Source of the DNA: Acidobacteria bacterium RIFCSPLOWO2_02_FULL_61_28 | Lineage (GTDB): Bacteria; Acidobacteriota; Terriglobia; 2-12-FULL-54-10 | Assembly (NCBI GenBank): GCA_001767035.1 | Contig: MEKR01000130.1 | Coordinates: forward strand, 1 to 53,593 | Reading direction: 5' to 3' | Length of the DNA stretch: 53,593 nt | Shown here: in pieces, positions 7,905-15,261 of the stretch | Layout: the number at the start of each line of letters is the position of its first letter | How positions within the stretch are numbered: the stretch's first letter is position 1 | Made by a program: the position numbers and the translations under genes | Notes under the pieces: model-generated | Told to the model about the DNA's origin: nothing | The model's database searches: none | The model's input: the letters and a program-made list of their open reading frames with translations, nothing else

Positions 7905-10316
7905 TTACGGTAGGCGGACTGGAATGGTGGCGGGGTCGTTGGGATTGCTGGCGATTCCGTTCTGGCGGATGACCAGGGTGACGGCGTCGCCCGGTAACAC
8001 TTCCGAGGGGACGATGACGTTCACTTGATAGAGGCCGACGAAGCCGGGCGCAAGCCCTTGGTAAACCACGGGCGCTACGATGCCTCCGATCTCCACCGTA
8101 ACGGGGCTCGTCACCGTGCTCGAGGGAGGACCCGCCGCGCCGGATTCCACCGGCGGATTCGTCGCGCCGAGACCCCCCGCGTAGATTTGCAGCACGTCAC
8201 CGATGCGGGCCGGGTTCGCCGCCGTCACCAGACGCGATTGTCCATCCAGGACCGCCGCGCCGGTGGAGCCGATGAAAATTCCAGGCTGGGCCGGCGCCAC
8301 GAAGTAACTCTGGGGCGCCGTGACCCGGCCGCTCGTGGTGATGGCGATGGAGGCGCTGGCGCCGGGTGGAAGATCAACCGGCACCTGCGCGTTGATCTGG
8401 TTCGGGCTGACATAGTAAAGAGGCATGTCCTGCGTGCCGATGCGGACCCGGACGCCGGCCAGTTCCCGCTCCAGCGGGATGCGGGAAGCAAACGCCTCCT
8501 GCTGCGTAAAGCGAGTTCCAAACAGGGAGATGATTCCGCCCGGGGGGAGCGGCCGGCGCGGCGTGAACCCGGCCCCCTCCACCACGCCGTCCGTCGTCAG
8601 CACCGGCAATTGGATTCCCTCCACGGCGGCGGCTGTCGAGACGGAGATCGTCCGCGAGACCGTTGGGTAATTCGGGTGGATGCCCGTGATCGAAAGCGGG
8701 GTGCTCCCTTCGCGCTGGGGCACCCAGGTGCCGTGGTAGTTCCCGTTGCGGAGTGATTGCATCGGGATGGCATTGCCTTCGGCGTTGCCGAACACTGTCG
8801 CGTCCTTCACAGCATCGCCGCAGGAGTCCACCAGGCTCGCAACCACTACTCTCGGAAAAGAAGTCGGCACACTGACCCCGTTGCCAACCGTGGTGGCGAC
8901 TAACGCCATGTCCTGGGGCGTGCAGCCGGTCGCCGCCACCGGCGTGGAGGCGCGGAGCCTCGACAAGACCGTCCCCGTCGGCGCCACCACCAGCAGCACG
9001 TCAGCCTCTTGGGCCCCTCCCGAAGAGAACGTGCTTCGAATCGTGCCGCGGAACATACCGGCAGTCAGTCCCGCCGTGTTCACGGAGGCCCGCACGGTGA
9101 TGGGACCGGAAGCAGTCGTCCCCCCTGTCGGATTGATGGTCAACCAACCGCCGCCCGTGGTGGTCGAAGCCACCGACGAAACTGTTAGGATCCCACCTCC
9201 CCCATTCGATATCGTCAGGTCTTGTGGGCTTGGGGAGGGGCCGCCCTGAACGGCGACGAAAAGAAGACCGTTCGGATAGGTCACTGGGGAGGCGGGCGTG
9301 GAGGCAGGAACTCGGTGCATCGTGGCGGTGAGAAACTGCGGACTGTTCCCCGCCCCGGTAGCGGAAACCGGAATCAGCGCCTGATAAACGCCCGAGGAGA
9401 GCGATTGGGCGACGGCGTTGTTTACGGTAAAGGTCACGGAAGATGCTTGTGCCGGATCGCTTCCGGCGGTTCCGGTGAGCGGCGCAATGGTGAGCCAAGT
9501 TGGCACGGCGCTCGCGGCAATCGTCCAGTTGAGGCTCCCGGTCCCTTCGTTCGAGATTCGGAGCGTCTGCGGCGGCGGAGCTGCGCCTCCCCCTCCGGCC
9601 ACGGCGAACAACATCGAAGAATGGCTCAACCCGATGTGGGTCGCCGAGGTGCTCAGAGTCACATTGATCGGTACAGCCGTCACGAAGTTTGTGGCCGTAT
9701 CCGTGATGTAAACGAATGCCTGGGAGATGCCAAAGAGGCCTGCCTCTCCGAGCACGCCGTAGAACACGTTGGCATTGAGTGTCGAGTGTTGGCTGGCCGT
9801 TGCCGTACCCGTCGTGGGACCAATCGTCAGCCAGCCACTCGCACCATAGGGTATCACTGCCGAGGCTTCCCAGTTGACCGTCCCACCGAGGCTTGCAATC
9901 TGAAAGTGGTGGTGCGAGGGAGCCAACCCCGCGTAGGCTGTGAGGTTGAGCCCTCCCGGCGTTACGGATAGGCTGGGCGGTGTCAACGCCCGTTGAATCG
10001 AAGTCGTCAGGTTGGCTTGGAAGATGCCGGAAAGTTCCTCACCCAGCGCCGCGGCCATCGCTAGCGGCTGCGGCCGATCCTGCGTGGAGAGATTGCGCGC
10101 ATTCCCGGCGGCCGACCGGCCGGCGAAAGGCACGGCGCTCCCGGAGGAAACCGCCAGATTCGTTTCAAATACTGCCAGCACCGCGCCCGGCGCTAGGAAG
10201 GATTCGGCGCGGGCAGGCTTGGCATTCTCCACTTTGGGTCCGGCTGCTATGGCCGAAGACAGCCCCAACCCACAAATCGCCAGCAGCAGAAGGCCCGTCC
10301 GGAGATTTTTCTGCAT
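7905..10316 (-). CDS. Secreted Ig-like repeat protein with TIGR03437-type C-terminal domain
   Basis: Signal peptide MQKNLRTGLLLLAICGLGLSSAIAAG. Ig-like repeats of the same type as in 3386..7813. C-terminal ..LAPGFVGLYQVNVIVPSEVLPGDAVTLVIRQNGIASNP.. Confidence 0.88.
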   Translation of the reverse strand: MQKNLRTGLLLLAICGLGLSSAIAAGPKVENAKPARAESFLAPGAVLAVFETNLAVSSGSAVPFAGRSAAGNARNLSTQDRPQPLAMAAALGEELSGIFQANLTTSIQRALTPPSLSVTPGGLNLTAYAGLAPSHHHFQIASLGGTVNWEASAVIPYGASGWLTIGPTTGTATASQHSTLNANVFYGVLGEAGLFGISQAFVYITDTATNFVTAVPINVTLSTSATHIGLSHSSMLFAVAGGGGAAPPPQTLRISNEGTGSLNWTIAASAVPTWLTIAPLTGTAGSDPAQASSVTFTVNNAVAQSLSSGVYQALIPVSATGAGNSPQFLTATMHRVPASTPASPVTYPNGLLFVAVQGGPSPSPQDLTISNGGGGILTVSSVASTTTGGGWLTINPTGGTTASGPITVRASVNTAGLTAGMFRGTIRSTFSSGGAQEADVLLVVAPTGTVLSRLRASTPVAATGCTPQDMALVATTVGNGVSVPTSFPRVVVASLVDSCGDAVKDATVFGNAEGNAIPMQSLRNGNYHGTWVPQREGSTPLSITGIHPNYPTVSRTISVSTAAAVEGIQLPVLTTDGVVEGAGFTPRRPLPPGGIISLFGTRFTQQEAFASRIPLERELAGVRVRIGTQDMPLYYVSPNQINAQVPVDLPPGASASIAITTSGRVTAPQSYFVAPAQPGIFIGSTGAAVLDGQSRLVTAANPARIGDVLQIYAGGLGATNPPVESGAAGPPSSTVTSPVTVEIGGIVAPVVYQGLAPGFVGLYQVNVIVPSEVLPGDAVTLVIRQNGIASNPNDPATIPVRLP

Positions 10317-10421
10317 GGGGGATGGATTATACCAATCTCAACCTTCGCAGGCAACCAAAGAATGTAAATTGATTGCGCCACGATACTCGGAAATCGGGCT
10401 GTGGGGCAGGTGGCCTGGTAG

Positions 10422-10446
10422 CCACGGCATGTTTCTTATGCCGTGG
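10422..10446. repeat. Third copy of the CCACGGCAT-N7-ATGCCGTGG REP-like hairpin
   Basis: CCACGGCATGTTTCTTATGCCGTGG, the reverse-complement equivalent of 7857-7881. Confidence 0.75.
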
Positions 10447-10454
10447 GCCCGTTC

Positions 10455-12782
10455 TTATGGCATCGCCTCCGGGACAATGCGGGGGCCCATCCACTGAACC
10501 CACGAGGCGCGCTGGCCTTGCGGGGTCGGAGCCGCCGCCAGTTGCAGCCCGACTCGTTGTCCGGCGAAGCGCCGGAGGTCAATGTTCAAGTCGAGCGGGT
10601 ATTGGATGATTTCGGAAAAAAGAGAGTCTCCGTTGACGCGGACGATGGCCCAAGCCGGGTCGGCTCCGGCGAGAGGCATCCGCACGGTGGCGCGAAACTG
10701 CGCCCGGGCCGGCACGTCCACCACGAACGTTAAATCGCTCTGCGGCAGCGTGACGAACGAATATTCCTGATACGGAAAGGCCCAGCGACCGTTCGGCGTG
10801 TCCGGTCTCGTCCCTGGAGGACGCACGGTTGCCTGTTCGTAGGACAGGTACACGGCCTGATCCGACCGCGGCTCTCTCCCTTCGGACTCCAGGACGCTTC
10901 GTGCCGGCGGGACAAGCTGGCTGATCTTGAGACAGGTTGCGGCGATCTCGGGGTGGGTGCGGGCTCCCCGCTCCAACGCGGCTTCTGCTTGCTCCGCCGC
11001 CCGGCGCAGTTCGCCATTTTCCGCGAGCAGCACGGCCAGCAGCCACCGCGGACGGTACCAGGCCGGAGCCGCTTCGATCGCCGCTGCCAGCGAAGCCTGT
11101 GCTTCCGCCTGCTTGCCTTGGAGGACCTGGAGCGACGCCAGGTGGACATACACGATCTGCGGCTGCGTGGAGTGCAGCAACCCGGCGCGGGCCGAATCCG
11201 CGGCCACGGCCAGCAGCGCGGCGCGCTGCGAGACAGAAAGGTTCGGCGTGGAAACCAGTTGTCCCACGATCCGGGAAGCGGCAAAGGCGTGCGCGCCGGT
11301 CCAGGGAAAAGCCTGCCGGACGCGCAAGCTTCCCCGGAGAGTGTTCTCGATATCGCCCCGTCCGGCAGCCTGCGCGGCCCGGAACAGAGCGCGGTCCGCT
11401 TGAACCAAGCGGGTCCCGAAAACGAGTGCTACTGCCAGACCCGCAACTGCGGCCACGCCCACAGTCCCGCGAATGGAGAGCCGCGCCGGACCATGCGGAG
11501 TCGCAACCGAGAGGGCCACAAGCGTAAGGAGCGCAAGACGTGTGGAGGTCGTTTCGCCGCTGAATTGCTGAGCGACGAGGCCGGCCACTAGCGCGGCCAG
11601 CAGTCCCGCATCGAGCGATTCTGTGCGGGAAGACCGGGCGTAGGAAAGCAGAGCCATCACCGCAAGGGCGATAAAGAGAAGTCCGCCGGGGACGCCGATG
11701 GCAACCAGAGAATCGAGAAAAATGTTATGCGGCGATTCGGCGTACTGGTCGGGCGCGAGCCGCGCCAGCTCGGTGGATTGGACCCCGGGAAAGGCAATTT
11801 CATATGTATCGGGACCCGCCCCCAGTAGCGGGTGAGCCGCGATTAGACGCAGCGAATCCCGCCATACCAGCACGCGCGCCGTAAACCCGGGATCGTCGAA
11901 GGAGGAACCCACGCGGTTCCGGATCGGCCGTCCCAAAGGGGACAGCACAAACGCCAAAGCCAAGACAGCCGCCGCGAGAACTCCTACCGTCAGCGAACGG
12001 TTGCGCGCGACGCGCAAGGAAAGCGCCACCATGCCCGCCACCGCTCCCAGCCACGCCGCCCGGCTCCCGGAGATCACCACGGCCATCAGGAGAATCCCCG
12101 CTGCGGCAGCCCAGCCGCGGCGCGCGCGCTCGGTCGAGGCGGAGAGCGCCAGACCGATGGCGCAGAACATCGCGCTGAGCGTGAAGACGGCAAAATAGTT
12201 GGCGTGGCCGAACGTCGAGGGAGGCCGCACCATCTGCCCTTCGCCTTGGCCGATGCGGTAAAGGGCAGAATTGATCCAGGGATCGAAGCCGAAATACTGA
12301 CCGATCCCGTACACGACTCCGGCAACCCCCGCGAGCGTCATGGCCGCCACGAGAAGACGCCGGCGCTGCGGCTCCGCACCTGCGACGGCGGGTGCGGCAG
12401 CGGCGAGCGCCAGCGAGGCCAGCCAAGCAGGGAGTCCGATCCGGCGCCCTTCGCTCCCCGCCAGCGAAAGAACCGCATCCCGCGATAAAACGGTTGCGAC
12501 GACACCGATCAGGGCCAGCGCGGCGAGCAGGAAGAAGTAAACCGCGTAGCCTTCCCGCAGCGCGGGGAAGCGGTTGGCGGCGGCGAGCGCGATCCACACC
12601 AGACAGGCTCCGCCCACCAGCGCCAGCAGCTTCGGCGTGACATCGAAAAACTGCAAGCCCGGGATCATGGCCAAAGGCACTGTGACGATGGTCAGAAGGA
12701 GAATCCAATAGGCCGGCGCGAGCCGCTCCTCCGCAGCGTGGGTCTGGGGCAACGCGGGACTTGTGCTTTGGTTCGCTGTCAA
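10455..12782 (-). CDS. O-antigen ligase/polymerase-like (Wzy_C) polytopic membrane protein with TPR-like segment and extra C-terminal domain
   Basis: About 10 hydrophobic helices. Wzy_C-type motifs ..VISGSRAAWLG.. and ..ESPHNIFLDSLVAIGVPGGLLF... TPR-like ..AEAQASLAAAIEAAPAWYRPRWLLAVLLAENGELRRAAEQAE... Apparent TTG start. Confidence 0.8.
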   Translation of the reverse strand: MTANQSTSPALPQTHAAEERLAPAYWILLLTIVTVPLAMIPGLQFFDVTPKLLALVGGACLVWIALAAANRFPALREGYAVYFFLLAALALIGVVATVLSRDAVLSLAGSEGRRIGLPAWLASLALAAAAPAVAGAEPQRRRLLVAAMTLAGVAGVVYGIGQYFGFDPWINSALYRIGQGEGQMVRPPSTFGHANYFAVFTLSAMFCAIGLALSASTERARRGWAAAAGILLMAVVISGSRAAWLGAVAGMVALSLRVARNRSLTVGVLAAAVLALAFVLSPLGRPIRNRVGSSFDDPGFTARVLVWRDSLRLIAAHPLLGAGPDTYEIAFPGVQSTELARLAPDQYAESPHNIFLDSLVAIGVPGGLLFIALAVMALLSYARSSRTESLDAGLLAALVAGLVAQQFSGETTSTRLALLTLVALSVATPHGPARLSIRGTVGVAAVAGLAVALVFGTRLVQADRALFRAAQAAGRGDIENTLRGSLRVRQAFPWTGAHAFAASRIVGQLVSTPNLSVSQRAALLAVAADSARAGLLHSTQPQIVYVHLASLQVLQGKQAEAQASLAAAIEAAPAWYRPRWLLAVLLAENGELRRAAEQAEAALERGARTHPEIAATCLKISQLVPPARSVLESEGREPRSDQAVYLSYEQATVRPPGTRPDTPNGRWAFPYQEYSFVTLPQSDLTFVVDVPARAQFRATVRMPLAGADPAWAIVRVNGDSLFSEIIQYPLDLNIDLRRFAGQRVGLQLAAAPTPQGQRASWVQWMGPRIVPEAMP

Positions 12783-13124
12783 TCGAGTATCTCGTCGGGA
12801 AACCGGCCAGTGGGCAGCACCGCGCCCGGAACTCGTTTCTCTAAAAGTTTCGCGGGACTATTTTAATCGAAAGCCGCGGGGAGAAGCGCGGAATCCTGGC
12901 GTGCCGCCCTTCTTCTCACAACACCGTTACGATTGTCGTGCGATAAGCTCTTGGCGCGGCAGGTGCGATTCCGATTCTCAGGGAATCAGAATAGGACTGC
13001 GGAGCGACCGGGAGTTTGGGCTTATCGCCCATTCCCGAGGCTTAGCCTCTCGTTTCCCGAGACCCTTTGAAAAAGACCTCTAGGCAACACAGTATGTTTT
13101 CAATAAACTGGAAGTCTTCAACGT

Positions 13125-13140
13125 TGGCATGATAAATGCT
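13125..13140 (+). promoter_or_regulatory. Sigma-54-like -24/-12 promoter element
   Basis: TGGCATGATAAATGCT against consensus TGGCACG-N4-TTGCW. GG and GC are at the correct spacing, 42 nt upstream of ATG 13182. Confidence 0.35.
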
Positions 13141-13181
13141 AGAAACCAGACATTATTATTAACGCAAGGGAGTAACTTGGA

Positions 13182-13595
13182 ATGAAGCGACTTGGAGTGT
13201 GCATTCTTCTTCTATTGATAACTGTGTCGGTGGCGCTGGCCCAATTGCCCACAGCCACGATTCTGGGAACAGTGCGCGATCCGTGTGCCTTCGCCATTCC
13301 TGCGGCGGGATTCTTGGGGACAGCGGGACGGAATATTCTGCGAACTCCTGGCTTTGCGAATTTGGATTTCTCGCTGGCGAAAGATACGCCGCTCGGCTTT
13401 CTCGGGGAGGGCGGGAAGCTGGAATTCCGCGCGGAATTCTTCAACATTCTGAACCGGGTCAATTTCGCGGTGCCGAATCGAACGGTCTTTGCCGCCAGCG
13501 CGGATGTGCAAGCGCCGCTGGCCACGGCCGGGCAAATTACCAGTACCGTGGGAACTTCACGGCAGATTCAATTAGCCCTCAAAATCCTGTTTTGA
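13182..13595 (+). pseudogene. TonB-dependent receptor relic: signal peptide plus first ~10 mature residues fused in frame to the last ~105 residues
   Basis: MKRLGVCILLLLITVSVALAQLPTATILGTVRDP | CAFAIPAAGFLGTAGRNILRTPGFANLDFS..SRQIQLALKILF. It aligns with both the N-terminus (AQLPTATILGVVRDPSG..) and the C-terminus (..FDPAAFAIQPAGFLGNAGRGILRGPGFANLDFS..SRQIQLALKVLF) of the 1067-aa paralog at 41843..45046. Confidence 0.8.
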
Positions 13596-13625
13596 GAGGG
13601 GCCATCCGTTCGGAGGAGCTAATCC

Positions 13626-14174
13626 GTGGCGCCGCGCATCCAACCAGTGGAAGAAGGCCGGGTTTCGCCGGAGGTCAAAGAATATTTTCGGGTCGCGGAG
13701 GAGCGCGGCGCGCCGAACGCGACCCTGCTCCGCATCCTTGCCCGGAACCCTGTCTCGCTTCGCATCTTTTACGATGCCTGGAACGATGCGTTTTATGGCG
13801 GACGCATTGAACACCTCTTGAAAGAGATCGTGCGCGTGCGCATGGCCGAGTTGCGGGGGTGCCATTACTGAGGGTCGGTGCGATCTGCTGCGGTGCAGCG
13901 GACGGCAGAAACGGTTGCCAAGCTCAAGGCTACGGCGAACAGCGACGATCCCATCTTCACCCCTCGGGAACGCAGCGCGCTCGAAATGGCTGCGATTTTC
14001 ACGGAACGCTATAAGGACTTCTCGGACGAAAACCTGCGGCGCTGGCGAGAGAACTTCACCGAGGAAGAGATCATCGAGTTGGCCGTCTTCATGGCCCTGG
14101 CCGATGGGTTCGGCAAGGTGGTCGAGATGCTGGGTCTCGGGCAAGCAGACCAGATCTGTCCGGTGGAACTCTAG
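13626..14174 (+). CDS. Carboxymuconolactone decarboxylase (CMD)/AhpD-like protein with in-frame TGA (13869-13871) at the second position of the CxxC motif; candidate selenoprotein, alternatively a nonsense pseudogene
   Basis: ORFs 13626..13871 and 13878..14174 share one frame. The joined product reads ..MAELRGCHY[TGA]GSVRSAAVQ...FTPRERSALEMAAIFTE.. and is a full-length CMD fold (~182 codons). SD GGAGGA at 13612-13617. Confidence 0.6.
13879..13907 (+). promoter_or_regulatory. SECIS-like stem-loop downstream of the in-frame TGA
   Basis: 8-bp stem TCTGCTGC/GCAGCGGA (13884-13891 / 13895-13902) with apical loop GGT (13892-13894). The stem is extended by four more pairs with single-nt bulges. The loop G lies 21 nt after the UGA. 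Confidence 0.45.
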
Positions 14175-14706
14175 CGCGGTTTCACTTTTAGTGTAGACCG
14201 TAAGGGCATGGCTGAACCTGGATTATTCATGAACGTTCGCAAGACGCGCTGGTCCAGGCGCTCCCAGAATGTTTCTGCGCCTCTTCCCCCTTTTCTCTAG
14301 CCCCGGTCCCGCTTGGCGGGACCGGGGAAAACGGTGCAATTTATTTTGCAGGCTGCTTTAGCGGCCTTCCCGGTATTCGGCTTTAGCCCTCGCTAAACCC
14401 TTTGGCGAAAGCCGCCTTGGGAAAGCCCGCTGAAGCGGGCTGGGGATCATTTCTTAATACTGCCCACCCAGCGCTGAAGCGCTGGGCTAGAGAAAAGGGA
14501 CCGTCCTTCATGAATAATCCAGGTGAAGCCATGCCGGGAGTCGTCCCACCGCACTGCGGCTTCAGCCGCTGAGGGTTGTCGTGCAAAGCTCCTGAAAAGA
14601 CTCACCTCAGGCGCTAAAGCGCTCCGCGACGGAGCTTGATTCGGCACGACTAAAGTCGTGCCCTTACGGTTCCACATCTCGGTCTACACCATTTCTGAAA
14701 CCGCTC
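14174..14706. mobile_element. Family-B MITE (TA-flanked, TIR-bounded hairpin chain) carrying a nested family-A MITE
   Basis: TA at 14172-14173 and 14707-14708. Ends are GCGCGGTTTCAC..GTGTAGACCG..TAAGGG and its inverted counterpart. Confidence 0.8.
14217..14523. mobile_element. Family-A MITE (307 bp, perfect 17-nt TIR CCTGGATTATTCATGAA) with TGAA direct duplication
   Basis: TGAA at 14213-14216 and 14524-14527. Removing the element restores the hairpin GGCATGGC-TGAA-GCCATGCC, which is intact in other family-B copies. Confidence 0.8.
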
Positions 14707-14838
14707 TAGCCCCGGACCAGCCCCACGATTGGAACCCTGGACTTGTTTTGAGCGGGCGGGAATTTCTGATAGATCCCTTTTCAAACGCGAGCAGGCGTCC
14801 GCTTTATGGTAGGCTTAGGGAGGTTGTGAGATAACACT

Positions 14839-15243
14839 GTGCGGGAAATCAAGACTCTGTTCCGAATCTGGCTGGCGGCTTTCGTTTTAGCAGGCCTTCA
14901 TTCCGGACCAGCCTCGCTACTGTTGGCGCAAGAGGCGCCTGCCATTAAGGGACCTGCTCCGAAGCAACCGGGCACCGATGAGAAACTGACGGCGCAGGAG
15001 TTACGGGGAGAAGGCACGTATTTTCAGTATTGTGCGCTCTGCCATGTGCCCCGAAAACAGAAGGCTGGAGCCCCTCCCACACTGGGCCCGGTTCACACTG
15101 GTGTGCTCAAGAACGCTCCGCCAGAGAAGGAACGAGCCGTTCGAGAGTTCATTCGGCAGGGCACCCAGAATATGCCGGGCTACCAATATATGTTAACGTC
15201 ACAGGAACTCGACGATCTGATTGCCTATTTGAAAACTCGGTAA
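14839..15243 (+). CDS. Class I c-type cytochrome (single CxxCH), secreted
   Basis: Signal peptide. Heme motif ..YCALCHVPRK.., distal ..NMPGYQY.. Met ligand region. GTG start with GGGAGG upstream. Confidence 0.85.
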   Translation: MREIKTLFRIWLAAFVLAGLHSGPASLLLAQEAPAIKGPAPKQPGTDEKLTAQELRGEGTYFQYCALCHVPRKQKAGAPPTLGPVHTGVLKNAPPEKERAVREFIRQGTQNMPGYQYMLTSQELDDLIAYLKTR

Positions 15244-15261
15244 CGCAAGAGGAGACAGAAC

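Noticed and set aside
12763-13083. 106-aa ORF in the AT-rich intergenic region between the O-antigen-ligase-like gene and the receptor relic.
   Set aside because: No RBS and no recognisable motif. Its composition is unlike neighbouring genes, and it overlaps the start region of the divergent gene. It is more likely promoter or regulatory DNA.
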